Shown: positions 1-11,778, counted from the first letter of the stretch. The stretch: 64,000 nt of DNA from Rebecca billardiae RCC1528 (GCA_965240325.2 OZ251231.1:2356001-2420000); one strand, 5' to 3'. Notes: generated by a model not told the origin, from the sequence alone. Numbers and translations are program-made.

Positions 1-1000
1 CGCCGCTGCCGAGAGGCTTGTCGAGCGCGTAGTGGTCGGTCACGACGCTCGGCATCGAGTTGCGCTCCGAGTCGATCTTGAGGCTCTGGCGGGTGGCGGG
101 CGAGCGCGCGGGCCCGCCCTCCTCGCCCTCGCCCTCGCCGTCCGCGCCCGGCGCGCCCTCGGTCACCGTCGCGTACGGTTGCTCGCTCTTGCGCTGCGGC
201 CGGCCCTGCGGGACGCCGAGCCCCGCCTTGATGGCGGCAGCGCCCTGCGAGTTGGAGCGCGCCATCCGAGGCGCGGGTGGGCGGCTCGGCGGGGTCGACG
301 TCGCGTTGGCCCGCCCGCCCGCGCTGCCCACAGTCCCGCCGCCCAGGCCCGACGCGAGGGGCGGCCGCGTGGGGGGCGTGGACGATGTGCCGCCGCCGTC
401 GCCCTGGCTCCGCCGCTGGGCGGCGGGCGAGACGCCGTTCGAGCGCGTGCCGCCTCGCGAGCCGCCCGGCGGCACAAGCCGCTGGCTCGGCACCGTCATC
501 CCGCGATCGCGCTGCGGCACGCCCGGGTGCTGCGGCTTGTCGTCGGCGTGGGAGATCACAGGACTCGCGGAGGAATGGGTATGCCAGTGGGGCGGGTCCA
601 TGTGGGTTCTCAGGATGGCTGAGGAAACGAGAGATCCATGCCTCCATGGTGCTCTTCAATTATCCCGCAATCATATCGCCAGATGGGTAATTTCCATATG
701 AGAATAGGCGCAGCGCGGCAGCGGCCGAGCGGGCGCCGGGCGGGTGCTCACATATTAATCAACTGCTGCCAGGAAGCGATGAACAAGGGGCGGGGGTGAT
801 ACAGCCGATGAGGAGTTGCCGGGCACATGTGACATGAGTGAAGAACTGAGCAGCGCGTGGACGCCACCGTGACGCCACCGTGGTCATCGCAATACGGAAA
901 GCGCCGGACCGAAAGGCGTCACGGTCTCAAGGGCGGAGATCTTGGGAGTGTGGGACACGCCCACATGACGCGTGGCTCGCGGTGCGTGCGCACCCGCGCA

Positions 1001-2971
1001 TCACGAGCCGTGCGCCGCGCCCCACGCGACGTTGCGCACGTGCAGCTCGCCCCGCTCGCACAGCCCAGAGCGCTGAATCGTCGGCGGCTCGCCGGGCTTG
1101 GCCCGGCGGCACAGCGCCGCCGTGCGGCCTATCGGCGCGAAGCCGATGCTGCGCAAGTACTGCAGGGCCTCGTCGCACGGCTCCTGCCCGCGGTACAGCG
1201 GTGGGCAGTTGGGCGAGCGCGACTCGAAGACGATGTCGCGCACGCGCGCGCGCAGCACCGCCGGCTGCGCGCTGCGCAGCACGCCAAAGTCGAGCCCCTG
1301 CATGTCCATCCTGAGGAGGGTGACGGGGAGAGTGCCCGCGAGGCTGAGCGCGCGCTCGAGCGTGATCACGGGCACCGCGCGCACCTCCTGCAGCTTGCGG
1401 CACCACCGGCCCCACCGCACCTCGGGGTTGAAGTCGGCGAGCGAGGAGCAGCCGGACACCAGCCCCGTGCGGAACTGGCCGGGGCCGCTCACGTTGGCGC
1501 GCGGCGCGACGGCAAACGGCAGCACGAGCCCGCGCGCGTGCTGCGCGCCAGCCGGCGGCGTGCGGCCGTCGGCGCTGCGCAGCGTGTGGCCCGCTTGCTC
1601 GGGCGCGCCCCGCGCCCGCTTCGCCACCTGCCGGTGCATCAGCGCCGCCCACTTGTCGAGCAGCGGCTCGAAGGAGAGCAGCTTCACGCCCGCGCGGCTG
1701 CCCCGCCCCAGGCTGTCCTGCAGCACGTCCCGGTCCGAGCAGCCGATCTCGACAAACGCACTTGTGTGCGGGCCGGGGTCGGGGGTGCGCGCGCCGCCGT
1801 GGCGGGCGTCGGCGCCCTCGCGACCGTCGGCGTCGAGGGATGCGACATGCAGCGGCACGGTCAGCGGCGAGCCCGTGGAAGGGCGCCAGCGCAACCGCCC
1901 CTTCATCCGATTCCGAGGCGGCTGAGGCGCGGCGGCACCCGGCGCCGTGGGCGGCGCCCACCTCCCTGGCGCCGAGAGCGTGACAAGCAAGGCCGCGCAG
2001 CCGTCGCCGCCACCGCCGAGCCCACTGCCGTCGCTGCCGCCGGATCGCACATCTGCGGTGCGCGCAGCCGACGCACCACTCGCGTCGTCGGGGCACGCGC
2101 GATCCGCGACGTAGCCCGCGGCGGCCAGAATGGCCACCGCGTGCACGCAGCCGCTCCACGGCGCCGCGCGCGCGTCGGCGCTGGCCGCGCCCGCGGCGCA
2201 GCGCCGCGCGGGCACGCGCAGCTGCACGGCCTCCACGCGCGCGAGGAGCTCGGGCCCCGGCACCGAGCGCAGCAGCGCGAGGTCGTTCGGCGCGACGCCG
2301 ATCCGCAGCAGCCGAACCGGCAGCCGGCGGCTGCCGCTGCCCCCGACCAGCCGCAGCGCGTCACGCAGCGAGTAGGAGGCAACTGGCACGACCTCTGACA
2401 CGCGCCCACACGCGGCCGCCCACTGCGGCGGCGGCAGCACGGCCGCGCCGCGCGCGCTCGTGCGATTGAAGGGGCCGAGCACGCCGGTGCACTCCCCGTG
2501 CGTCGAGACCGCGAGGCCGACCGTGCCCCCCGCCGCGCTCAGCGCCACCGGCAGGACCATCCCGCGCGCGTGCTGCATGCTGAGAGGGATGAACGTGTCT
2601 GTGGCGTCGCCGATGATGGCGCGCATGCCGTGCGCGAGCAGCCGCGCGTACGCGCGCGCGTACGGCTCGAACGTGACGAGAAACCCCTTCGGCAGCTGCG
2701 CGTCCAGCAGCTCGGCCGACGGGCGCGCGCCAGACGCGCCCACCTCGATCGCGACGTACTCGACCCCGAGCGCTGGAATGTGCAGCGAGCCGACGGCGGT
2801 GCCGCTGTCGGCGTCGTTGGCAATATTATTGGGTGGCTCGAGGAAGGCTACGTGGACGCGCGCGAACGCTGCGTCCCGGGTGAACGCCGCGCCCCCGGGC
2901 TCAAACTCGGCCACATCAAGTGTCGCGAGCCCAATCAGGGCCGCGACGAAGGCGGGCGCCACCGCCGCCAT
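1001..2971 (-). CDS. Secreted/membrane-anchored protein with two tandem FkbM-like (Methyltransf_21) SAM methyltransferase domains
   Basis: Start taken at MAAVAPAFVAALIGLA (ATG 2971, hydrophobic N-terminus) inside ORF 1001..4249. Domain 2 has FVEIGCS, SFEPL, LRMDMQGLDFGVL and LYRGQEPCDEALQYLRSIGF. Domain 1 has AIEVGAS, TFEPY and QHARGMVLP. Confidence 0.7.
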   Translation of the reverse strand: MAAVAPAFVAALIGLATLDVAEFEPGGAAFTRDAAFARVHVAFLEPPNNIANDADSGTAVGSLHIPALGVEYVAIEVGASGARPSAELLDAQLPKGFLVTFEPYARAYARLLAHGMRAIIGDATDTFIPLSMQHARGMVLPVALSAAGGTVGLAVSTHGECTGVLGPFNRTSARGAAVLPPPQWAAACGRVSEVVPVASYSLRDALRLVGGSGSRRLPVRLLRIGVAPNDLALLRSVPGPELLARVEAVQLRVPARRCAAGAASADARAAPWSGCVHAVAILAAAGYVADRACPDDASGASAARTADVRSGGSDGSGLGGGGDGCAALLVTLSAPGRWAPPTAPGAAAPQPPRNRMKGRLRWRPSTGSPLTVPLHVASLDADGREGADARHGGARTPDPGPHTSAFVEIGCSDRDVLQDSLGRGSRAGVKLLSFEPLLDKWAALMHRQVAKRARGAPEQAGHTLRSADGRTPPAGAQHARGLVLPFAVAPRANVSGPGQFRTGLVSGCSSLADFNPEVRWGRWCRKLQEVRAVPVITLERALSLAGTLPVTLLRMDMQGLDFGVLRSAQPAVLRARVRDIVFESRSPNCPPLYRGQEPCDEALQYLRSIGFAPIGRTAALCRRAKPGEPPTIQRSGLCERGELHVRNVAWGAAHGS

Positions 2972-3181
2972 ATTTACCAGGTACAGTTTACTAAGAATAA
3001 GAGACGCACACAGCTCAGGCAGGACAGTATCGCCGGCCAATCCGGGGGAAAGCCAGCTGCCGCCTGCCCAGCTGGTCAGGACTTTCGTGTACCGGTTGCT
3101 GACCACGCCGCTCCGCTGGAGCCGCTCTCGAAGCCGCGACCGGCGCAGGTGGTCCAGATCGCGGCGACGCGCGCGCCGAGG

Positions 3182-4312
3182 ATGGCCGGCCAGGTCGACG
3201 CCGACGTGATCGTGGTGGGTGCAGGCCTGGCGGGCGCGACGGCCGCGTGGTGCATGTCGCTCAAGTCGCCGCACCTGCACGTCCGAGTGCTCGACGCGCG
3301 CGACCGCGCCGGCGGACGCCTGGTGAGCCCGCCAGGCGGTCTCACATTCGACCTGGGCGCGGGGTGGACGTGGCCGTCGCACGACAAGGAGCTCAACCGC
3401 GTGGCTGAGGCTATAGGCGTGGACACGGTGGCGCAATGGAGCACGGGCGAGATGCTCGTGCAGGCGAGCGACGATCGTGTGCACAGGGTGGCGCGCTGCA
3501 GCTTCTCGGAGGAGCACCGCTTCTGCGGCGGGACGGCGTCGATCGTGCGCAAGCTGTTCGAGCAATCGCGCGCGACGTTGAGGACGGGGCACGCGGTGTC
3601 TCGGGTGTGCACCGGCGCGGATGGGGTGCTCGAGGTGCACGCCGTGCGCTCCACGGATGGCGAGAAGGTGGTGCTCCGCGCACACGGCGTGATTGTCGCC
3701 GTGCCGCCGCCGGTCGTGACCGCCACGATCGCCTTTGAGCCGCCCCTCCCGCCCAAGCTGGCGCACGCGCTCGCGCACACGCCCGTGTGGATGGCCGACG
3801 TGGCGAAGGTGATCGTCACGTTCAGCGAGCCCTTCTGGCGCGACGTCGGGCTCTCGGGCTCGGCGAGCTGCATGCGCGGCCCCATCCGGCAGTGGTGGGA
3901 CAACACGGATCTCGAGATGCGGGACAGGGACGTGGCTGCCGGCACGGCCAGCCTCGCTGGGTTCGCCGTCGGCGACGAGGCGCGGCTGCTTGCCAAGGGC
4001 GGGGAGCAGACCGTAGAGGCGATCGAGCGCGTGCTCGCCCAGCTGCGCGCGCTCTTCGGCGAGAGGGCCGCGGACCCAGTCGCCGTGCGCTACTGCGCGT
4101 GGCCGGGCGAGGAGTGGACAGCCGACCCGACCGCTCGCACGCTCGACCTCCCGCCCATCTACGGCGCGGAGGTCCTCCGCATCCCGCCCAGCGAGTACAG
4201 CGGGCGGCTCATCTTCGCCGGCACGGAGACCGAGGACGAACACGGGCACATGGAGGGCGCGGTGAAATCAGGCAAGCGTGCTGCTCGGGCCGTGCGCGAT
4301 GTGCTTGGATGA
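3182..4312 (+). CDS. Flavin-containing amine oxidase (MAO/Amino_oxidase family)
   Basis: ATG 3182 MAGQVDADVIVVGAGLAG (GxGxxG), DARDRAGGR, DLGAGW, C-terminal FAGTET...GHMEGAVKSG; 376 aa, intronless. Confidence 0.9.
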   Translation: MAGQVDADVIVVGAGLAGATAAWCMSLKSPHLHVRVLDARDRAGGRLVSPPGGLTFDLGAGWTWPSHDKELNRVAEAIGVDTVAQWSTGEMLVQASDDRVHRVARCSFSEEHRFCGGTASIVRKLFEQSRATLRTGHAVSRVCTGADGVLEVHAVRSTDGEKVVLRAHGVIVAVPPPVVTATIAFEPPLPPKLAHALAHTPVWMADVAKVIVTFSEPFWRDVGLSGSASCMRGPIRQWWDNTDLEMRDRDVAAGTASLAGFAVGDEARLLAKGGEQTVEAIERVLAQLRALFGERAADPVAVRYCAWPGEEWTADPTARTLDLPPIYGAEVLRIPPSEYSGRLIFAGTETEDEHGHMEGAVKSGKRAARAVRDVLG

Positions 4313-4753
4313 GGACGCCGTGCCATCCGCAGTTTACCGTGAGGCACGCAGGCACCCTCCAATCTTGCTCAGGACGGATCGGATCAGCATCACCATCCCA
4401 TGCAGCCGCGGCACACTGAGTTGAACTACCTACTCGAGGTCGAGTAGTCGCCTGGAAACTCTCAACGAACTCTCAACTCTCAATATAAGTGTCTCCATCG
4501 TCTCTGGTCCGACTGGTTCCGCCGCCGCCAGGCGCCATCATCATTTTTGCGATGTGAACGAACCGCCGTCCGCCCCATCAAATACCTTGATGGTCCTTTG
4601 GTCCGCCGAACGGTCCCTGAAACCATCATCAGTTTATTCGTCCTTTGCTCCCGCCGTGACGGGCTGACGGCGGCCGTGCGCGCGCAGCACCACGGCGCGC
4701 CCCCTCCAAGTGCAACGAACCGCAGGGTGGCCAGTGCGCCGTTCGTCAAGCTC

Positions 4754-6250
4754 ATGCAGGCGCCGCGGCTCAACCCGTGCGCCTCCTCGGAGAAGCCAGA
4801 GGCGATTGCATCGTACTGCGCCGACGCGGGCACGTCTATTCTCTTCCTCGGCGCTGGCGTCTTTGTCAGCGTGGCCGTGCTCAGGCTCGCGAACGAGGAG
4901 GCTGGCTGTCCACCCGATGCGGATGGTGTGTTTGTGGCCTGCGAGGGGCGAGTCTATGGCCTGCGCCCATCGTCCGTGATCGCTGTTCTCTCGACGATAT
5001 CCGGACTGGTGTCGGCGGCGTTCATGCCGTACGCTGGCGCCATCGTCGACCACACGCCCCATCGCCGCCTGTTTGGCGCGTCGATGGCCGCCATGGCCAT
5101 GCTGTCGATGCTCGGCCTCGCGTTCATCTCCCATCTCAGCTGGTTCTACCTCACGGTGATCTGCATGCCCTTAGGGGCGCTAGCGTACAACGGGCACACG
5201 CTCGCGCGCTGGTCGTACGTGCGCGAGTTTGTCGAGACGGACGCGGAGCTCTCGGCGGTCGTGTCCTCCGTCAAGATCTGGCAGATGCTGACGCAGCTCT
5301 TGTACCTGGCGCTTGTGGTGGGCATCTCGCTGCCGCTCGGGCTGAGCGCTCTGGACACGTCGCGCCTGGGGCAGGGGACGTCGCTGAGCGTGGCCGCTCC
5401 GCTGCTTCTGATCGCGTGGCGACGCTTCAAGGCGCGCCCGGCCTCACACAAGCTCGAGCGCGGTCAGTCGCTGATGGTCGCGGGCGCGCGCGAGCTGCTG
5501 CGCATGCTGCGCACACTGCAGACCACCGCGCCGGGGATGCGCGTGCTTTTGCTCGGCAACGCGTTCGTGACGGCGCCGCAGCTCTCGTACACGGCCATCG
5601 CCGTCACCTTCCTCACGCAGCAGCTCGGCGTCGCCGCGTCCGAGGTCGGCCTCTTCGCGGCAGCGCTGCTCGTGAGCGGACCGCCGGGCGCGCTCGTGCA
5701 CCGGCAGGTGTCCCTGCGCGTCGGCCACCGCCGGTGCATGCTCCTCGCGATCTGCTGGTGGGTGGTGACGCTCGGCTGCTTCTCGGGCGTGCTGCGCACG
5801 CCCGCCGACCGCCCCCTTGCGATCGGCTTCGCCGTCGCCTCGGGCATAGGCTTTGGCTGGCTCGGGCCCTCGCAGACGTCGTACCTCGCAGCGCTCATGC
5901 CTCCTGGCTCGGATGCAGAGCTATGGGGCCTCGTCACATTCACGCAGGTGAGCCTCGCGTGGCTGCCGTCGATTGTCTTCGCGTCGCTCAACGAGGCGCT
6001 CAACGACATGCGGCTGGGGATGGCGTCTCTGATCCTCTTCTTCGTCGTCGGCGCGGCGCTCACCGCGACCATCAAGGAGGACTCCCGGCTGCACGCCTCC
6101 GACACGGCCCTCACGTCGTCCAGCGCAAGCCATGCTGCTCCGGCTGCAGCTTCGTCAGCGCGCAGCGGCACCGCACGGCCAGCGGCAGCGTTCGATGCAG
6201 TCGCCGTCGCGTCTGGCCCCGACAAAGCGGTGAGTGGTCCTATACAGTGA
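4754..6250 (+). CDS. MFS transporter, ATG22/UMF1-like
   Basis: About 12 hydrophobic segments, PYAGAIVDHTPHRR motif, LMPPGSDAELWG; first ATG at 4754. Confidence 0.8.
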   Translation: MQAPRLNPCASSEKPEAIASYCADAGTSILFLGAGVFVSVAVLRLANEEAGCPPDADGVFVACEGRVYGLRPSSVIAVLSTISGLVSAAFMPYAGAIVDHTPHRRLFGASMAAMAMLSMLGLAFISHLSWFYLTVICMPLGALAYNGHTLARWSYVREFVETDAELSAVVSSVKIWQMLTQLLYLALVVGISLPLGLSALDTSRLGQGTSLSVAAPLLLIAWRRFKARPASHKLERGQSLMVAGARELLRMLRTLQTTAPGMRVLLLGNAFVTAPQLSYTAIAVTFLTQQLGVAASEVGLFAAALLVSGPPGALVHRQVSLRVGHRRCMLLAICWWVVTLGCFSGVLRTPADRPLAIGFAVASGIGFGWLGPSQTSYLAALMPPGSDAELWGLVTFTQVSLAWLPSIVFASLNEALNDMRLGMASLILFFVVGAALTATIKEDSRLHASDTALTSSSASHAAPAAASSARSGTARPAAAFDAVAVASGPDKAVSGPIQ

Positions 6251-6747
6251 GCGTGATGACGGATGCCGCTCCGCGGCCGCGCCCATGACCAAATTGACCA
6301 CGCAATGAATGGAATGATGACCCACGGGTCGGACTCTGGATCGTAGCAGTGACACATCCGCGCCAGTCCGACGTCGGATACTCCGGGATCGGCTGTCGTG
6401 GGCACTCTCTGCATTATTAATAGACTGCATAGACATATAGTGCTGATGCTGCCTTTTCTGAGTTTCTGACTAGTGGTAACTGATGACAGCACGACGACTG
6501 TCCCTCATGCTGATGGCATATGTAGTATATGTGTGCGGGCCGATGCTGACGATCATGATGGCGCTTCGAGAATCGAGTCGTCGTCACGCGGCGGCGGCCC
6601 GCGCCGCGCGCGGGTTGCCGGGTACGGCACTGACGCCTCCGTGCACGCTGCACTGGGTCCGACAGCGACTCAGCTCTGCTTCGGACTCAGGAATGCGCGC
6701 ATGTCTTCACGAGCCTGACGCAGCCGCCGCCATGCCGCGCAGCCTTC

Positions 6748-8169
6748 TCAGTGGCCACCCTTGTGTCCCGGCGCGCTCGGCAGTGGGATCTCCGCCTTGG
6801 CGGCCTCCCTGAGCAGCTTGCCCGCAATCACGAGGTGCTGCACCTCGGAGGTGCCCTCATAGATCTCCGTGATGCGCGCGTCGCGGTAGTACCGCTCTGC
6901 GGGCATGTCGCTCACGAAGCCCATGCCGCCCAGCACCTGGATCGCCTGGTGCGAGCACATCGTCGCCGCCTCGGACGCGCACAGCTTGGCCATGGCCGCC
7001 TCCTTGGTGAAGTCTTGCCCGGCGTCCTTGAGCATGGCCGCCCGCCAGGTCAGCAGCCGAGCCGAGTCGATGGCGCACGCCATCTTCGACAGCTTGAGCT
7101 GGATGGCGTACATGCTCGAGATGGGCGTGCCGAACGCTTCACGCTCCGTCGAGTAGCGCGTGGCGACGTCGAGGGACGCCTGCGCGATGCCGAGCGCCTG
7201 CGCGGCGATGCCGATCCTGCCGCCGTCGAGGGTCGTCATCGCGATCTTGAAGCCCTCGCCCTGCTTGCCGAGCAGGTGCGACTTGGGCACGCGCACGTTG
7301 TCGAGGATGAGGTTGGCCGTGGACGAGCCGCGAATCCCCAGCTTGTCCTCCTTCGCGCCGAGGCTGAACCCCGGCAGGTCCATCGGCACGATGAAGGCGC
7401 TCACGCCCTTGTGCTTCAGGCTGCGGTCGGTGGTCGCCATCACGACCGCGCAGCTCGCCTCGTACGCGTTCGTGATCCACGCCTTGGTCCTGCGGGCGCG
7501 CGCGGGGGGTGGGGGGGAGGGGGCACGGCAGGGCGCCCGATGCCGTGCGAGGGTGAGCACCGAGCCGGTCCGGATCCCCACAGCATCAGGCCGCAGCGGG
7601 TCGGGCCGGCGAGCCGTCTCAGCACTCGCGTACCCGTTCAGCACCCAGTCGCCACCATCCTCCTTGGCGGTGGTCGTGGCGGCGCCCGCGTCCGAGCCGT
7701 TCCCTGGCTCGGAGAGCCCGAAGCAGCCGATCTCCGCGCCGCGCGCGTACTCCACGAGGAACTCCTTCTTCTGCTCGTCAGTGCCGTACTTCTCGACGGG
7801 TGCGCAGTAGAGCGAGTTGTTCGCAGACATCACGACACCGGTCGACGCGCAGCCACGCGAGATCTCCTCCATCGCGACGGCGTAGGCCAGTGCGGACATT
7901 TCCGCGCCGCCGTACTCCTCGGGCACCATCATGCCCATTAGCCCCAGCTCCGCCAGCTTGTCCACCTGTGCTCGCGGAAACGTGTGCCCCGCATCGACGT
8001 CGCCAGCAATCGGGAAGAGCTCCTGCTCCGCAAACTGGCGCGCCATGTCGCGGACCATGACGACCTCCTCCGGTAGCGTGTCCAAAGTCAGCATGCCGCG
8101 CCTCGACAGCGGCGCGCCGCATGCCTTCGCCGCGCCGCATGGAGCGAGCCTCCTTCCCAGAGCGAACAT
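6748..8169 (-). CDS. ACADS: Mitochondrial short-chain acyl-CoA dehydrogenase (1 intron, 7490..7633)
   Basis: [18 protein letters not shown]|TKAWITN after removing a 144-nt GT-AG intron, [32 protein letters not shown]; Arg-rich presequence MFALGRRLA. Confidence 0.93.
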   Translation of the reverse strand: MFALGRRLAPCGAAKACGAPLSRRGMLTLDTLPEEVVMVRDMARQFAEQELFPIAGDVDAGHTFPRAQVDKLAELGLMGMMVPEEYGGAEMSALAYAVAMEEISRGCASTGVVMSANNSLYCAPVEKYGTDEQKKEFLVEYARGAEIGCFGLSEPGNGSDAGAATTTAKEDGGDWVLNGYASAETARRPDPLRPDAVGIRTGSVLTLARHRAPCRAPSPPPPARARRTKAWITNAYEASCAVVMATTDRSLKHKGVSAFIVPMDLPGFSLGAKEDKLGIRGSSTANLILDNVRVPKSHLLGKQGEGFKIAMTTLDGGRIGIAAQALGIAQASLDVATRYSTEREAFGTPISSMYAIQLKLSKMACAIDSARLLTWRAAMLKDAGQDFTKEAAMAKLCASEAATMCSHQAIQVLGGMGFVSDMPAERYYRDARITEIYEGTSEVQHLVIAGKLLREAAKAEIPLPSAPGHKGGH

Positions 8170-8364
8170 GGTGCAGCCGGCCGCCTTGTGCTCCGTGCGC
8201 GGTTGCTCACACCGGCCGCGGCCGGTGAGCCGAGCGGGAGGGCCGATGCAAGGGCGCCGATGACGCTCGCTCGCTCGGTCCTGGGCAAAAAGACGAAACG
8301 CGGACGTGCGCGTCGCCCACGGTTCGTCACCTTTGCGACGAAAAGCTGCTGGCTTAACTTCAGC

Positions 8365-9672
8365 ATGGCGATCGGCCGCGGCGCCACGTGGACGCGGGCG
8401 CGGCAGCTGCCGCCGCGCTCGAGGGTGCGCCGCGCGTGCGCCACCGCCGTCGAGCCCCCGTCGAGCTCGGACCTTAGTGGTGACGGCGGCGTCATCAAGC
8501 GAACGCTCCTGCCGGGCAACGCAACCGCCGCACGGCCCCCTAACAACGCGGTCGTGGTCGTTCACTTCATCGCGTGGCTCGCGAACGGCACGCAGCTCGC
8601 GACGACGCGCGGCGGAACGCCGCTCGAATTACGGCTGGGGTGCGAGCCATCTGAGGCCGTCGCTGGCTGGGAGCTGGCCCTGCCCACGATGCGTCCGGGC
8701 GAGCGTACGCTCGTCACGTGCGAGAGTGCGTACGCGTACGGAGACGAGGGCGTGCCACCGCTCATACCCCCAAAGGCGGCGGTGAGCTTCGAGCTGGAGC
8801 TGCTCTCGTGGCGGCCGAGCGTGAGCAGCGGTGGCGTCGCCACCGGCATCTCGCGCCGCTGGATCGACAAGATGGTCTCGCTGCAGGACGAGGGCATCAG
8901 CATGCCGACCACCTCTGCCAACGAGATGCTGCGCCAGATGGTGAGGGAGGAGGACTCGGACGCGACGCCCGCCGACCTGCGCGAGAAGGGCTGCGCCGCG
9001 GCGCCGAGCTCGCCCGCCGAAGCGCCGACGCCCGACGAGCCGGATATCGACTCGGCGGAGGTTCTCGCGCGCGCGGCGCAGCTGCGTGACCTGCGCGAGC
9101 GCGCCGAGCGGCTGAAGCGCAAGAGCGGCGACGCGCGGGGCGAGGAGGAGCGCGAGCTCGAGGTGGTCGGCGGTGGGCTGGTGGGCGAGCCGATCGTGCA
9201 GGAGCTGTACCGGAAGGAGCCGGGGGCCGCCGAGCTGCACTCCTGGGTGGAGGGGCGGGGCGACATCGAGGTCCTCATCCCGATCGACGAGGGCGTCGCT
9301 GCGCGCGCCGTGGACGTGTCGATCAGGCGACAGCACCTGCGCGTCACTGCGCCCGGCCTGGAGCTCGAGGGAGCGCTCGCCGCTGAGGTGGATGTGGAGG
9401 CCAGCTCGTGGGTGGTGCAGCCGGCGACCGCGGCGAGCCCGCGAGCCGTGTACGTCCTCCTCGTCAAGCGCGACCCCGCTGCAGGCCGTTGGCTCGCCGT
9501 CTTCTCCCGCGATCGGCCGACAGCATCGGAAGGGCTGGGGGACATCGCCTCCACACTGCCGCCCGCCGTCGAGCCAATCGGTCGTGGCGGAAATCATACT
9601 GCGGACGACGGCCCAACGGCGCATTCTTCGGACGAGCCCATCGTGTACGACGTGCCGCGCTCGGACACGTAG
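8365..9672 (+). CDS. FKBP-type peptidyl-prolyl isomerase with C-terminal CS (p23/NudC-like) domain
   Basis: [46 protein letters not shown]; [15 protein letters not shown]...[10 protein letters not shown] (CS). Start uncertain (8260 or 8365). Confidence 0.8.
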   Translation: MAIGRGATWTRARQLPPRSRVRRACATAVEPPSSSDLSGDGGVIKRTLLPGNATAARPPNNAVVVVHFIAWLANGTQLATTRGGTPLELRLGCEPSEAVAGWELALPTMRPGERTLVTCESAYAYGDEGVPPLIPPKAAVSFELELLSWRPSVSSGGVATGISRRWIDKMVSLQDEGISMPTTSANEMLRQMVREEDSDATPADLREKGCAAAPSSPAEAPTPDEPDIDSAEVLARAAQLRDLRERAERLKRKSGDARGEEERELEVVGGGLVGEPIVQELYRKEPGAAELHSWVEGRGDIEVLIPIDEGVAARAVDVSIRRQHLRVTAPGLELEGALAAEVDVEASSWVVQPATAASPRAVYVLLVKRDPAAGRWLAVFSRDRPTASEGLGDIASTLPPAVEPIGRGGNHTADDGPTAHSSDEPIVYDVPRSDT

Positions 9673-9997
9673 CGGCTGCGTCCTCGAGGCCCGCGTCGCC
9701 TGAGGCTGCGTGGCCTCCGTGATTACTTGTTTCGACTACACCGAGGCGGGGGCCTGCTGCCAGGCCCCCGATTTACCCGACGAAGTAACCCGAACGGCCG
9801 AACTCCCCACGTTGCCAGTTGGCAGCAGAGTGAATCGGCCTCGGGGCGGAGTCTGACGACAATAATGATACGATGACTGCTACTGCTAGCTACATCTCGC
9901 GGACTCGGACGAGTCATCTCGACTCTCGTGGCGCGGTCGCATCATGAGACTAGTTACATGCTGACAATATTATCAATCGGTCGCGTATCTGCTGTGA

Positions 9998-11641
9998 CTA
10001 CGACTCGATGATGGGTGCATTCGTCGAGCTCAGCCTGCCGTCGACTGCCGCGGCTGCGAGCTCGTTGGTCACGTCTATCAGCCAGCGGCAGTGCTCGCCC
10101 GTCGTCATGCGCGGGGACTTGAGCACCGCGCCGTCGACGCCGGCTTTCGAGCCTGGATCCGGCGAGAGCGGCGTCGGCGGAGGCGACGACATGATGGCCG
10201 AGTCCCCGACAGCGGCCTCGCGGACGGCGGCGCTGACGGCGGCGGCGCGCTCGCGCGCAGCATCCTCGTCTGCCTGGCGCGAGATGGCGCCGGGCCGCTG
10301 GTCGACCCAGCCGAGGTGCCCGCCCCCGTGCGTGCTTAGGATGACCACGTTCGGCATGCGGTCGTAGACAGCCGCGCGGCCACTTTCGATCCGGCCGCTC
10401 GGGCACAGCCAGTCGTCGTCCGCGTTGAAGAGCACCACCGGCAGCGACGGCGGCAGCTGCGCAAACCACTCGAGCGGCTCGGACGCGTCGATCATCGCCG
10501 CGACCGACTCGAAGCCGTACACGCGGGAGCACGCCTCGTCCCACTCGCCGATGGAGCGCGCGGAGCGCAGCGCCTCGATCGACACCTCCGGCCGCCGCTG
10601 CGCCAGCTTCTCGAGGAACGCGAGGTTGTGCGCGCCCGTCGGGTGATTCGGGTCGAGCATGAAGCGCTGCCACTTGCGCGTGATGAATCGGCCGGTCGCG
10701 CCGCCGAGCGCGAAGTCGGCGGTGCACGCGGTTGCGGCGGACGAGTGGCCGTACGCGTACAGCAGCAGCAGCTCGAGGCGCAGCGCCCGCGACGCGACCC
10801 GGTGGCGCGCCGCCCAGTTCACCACGAGCGCCGAGCCGAACGAGCACGCCACCACGATGATGGGCGCGTGCGGGTAGCGCTCGCGAACGGCCGAGAGCAC
10901 GACGCCTGGGTCGCTCGTCGTGAGGTACGCCGAGCCCGGGAGCTTGTGCGAGTCGAGCGGCAGCCCGTTGAAGCCCGGGTACACCACCAGCGCCGCGCGC
11001 CCGTGGCGGCCGCGCGCCGCAAAATCCTCGAGAAGCGCACCGGCGATCATCGGCATGAAGCCGGTGCGAGCGTCGCAGTTGCCCACGCCGGGAAACCCGA
11101 CCACGATGGGCGCATCGTCGCTTGCCGGTGGGAGCTCGACGCCGCGCACGACGATGGTGAGCCAGTCCACACCGACAGTGCCGCCATCGGGCGCCCTGAA
11201 CAGCTCGCGCTCGACGTGCAGGGTCGGCACGGCTGTCTGCGCGGCGAGCCGCGACGCGCGCTTGCGTCGCCGCATGCTCTCAGTGTCGCCATCAGCGGTG
11301 GCGGTGGTCGAGTTGATGCGGTGGAGCGCGGCGTACAGCACGGTCGTCTGGATGATGGCCGACGACGCCCAACGCGTCGGCGCGTACCGCGAGCTCAGCG
11401 AGGGGCACTCTCGCGCGATCAGCTCGTGCAGCTCGATGGATGCGTCTACAACCGACGACCGGCGGCGAAGGCCGAGGCCGATGGACGAGCGGGGCGGGGC
11501 GCGCCTCGCGAAAAGTCGCGCGATGAAGGCAAGGAGAAAGAGCGTCGCCACGCCCCCGACGCTGACCTCCACCCGCCACTGTGGCGTCACCTCTGGCGGC
11601 GGCGGTGCCCTCGAGGCAGGCCTCAGCCTCGGCAGGCGCAT
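9998..11641 (-). CDS. Alpha/beta hydrolase, ABHD1-3/YheT-like esterase
   Basis: N-terminal TM, RELFRAPDGGTVGVDW, nucleophile elbow ACSFG, NADDDWLC, GGHLGW. Confidence 0.85.
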   Translation of the reverse strand: MRLPRLRPASRAPPPPEVTPQWRVEVSVGGVATLFLLAFIARLFARRAPPRSSIGLGLRRRSSVVDASIELHELIARECPSLSSRYAPTRWASSAIIQTTVLYAALHRINSTTATADGDTESMRRRKRASRLAAQTAVPTLHVERELFRAPDGGTVGVDWLTIVVRGVELPPASDDAPIVVGFPGVGNCDARTGFMPMIAGALLEDFAARGRHGRAALVVYPGFNGLPLDSHKLPGSAYLTTSDPGVVLSAVRERYPHAPIIVVACSFGSALVVNWAARHRVASRALRLELLLLYAYGHSSAATACTADFALGGATGRFITRKWQRFMLDPNHPTGAHNLAFLEKLAQRRPEVSIEALRSARSIGEWDEACSRVYGFESVAAMIDASEPLEWFAQLPPSLPVVLFNADDDWLCPSGRIESGRAAVYDRMPNVVILSTHGGGHLGWVDQRPGAISRQADEDAARERAAAVSAAVREAAVGDSAIMSSPPPTPLSPDPGSKAGVDGAVLKSPRMTTGEHCRWLIDVTNELAAAAVDGRLSSTNAPIIES

Positions 11642-11778
11642 CTTGTACCTCGCTCGGCTGCGGACGCTTGCCGACCGTCCGTGATGCTTCGTGGGCGCAA
11701 AATGACGACAGCGGATTGACCGGCCCGGCCGGATCCTGGGCGACTTGGCCGCCGGGGGCGCGAATCGGCTGCTCGCTA

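Noticed and set aside
32-701. ORFs at the window start
   Set aside because: No recognisable domain; may be a truncated gene end but cannot be supported
2972-4249. N-terminal half of the 1082-aa ORF 1001..4249
   Set aside because: Antisense shadow of the amine oxidase; the real start is ATG 2971
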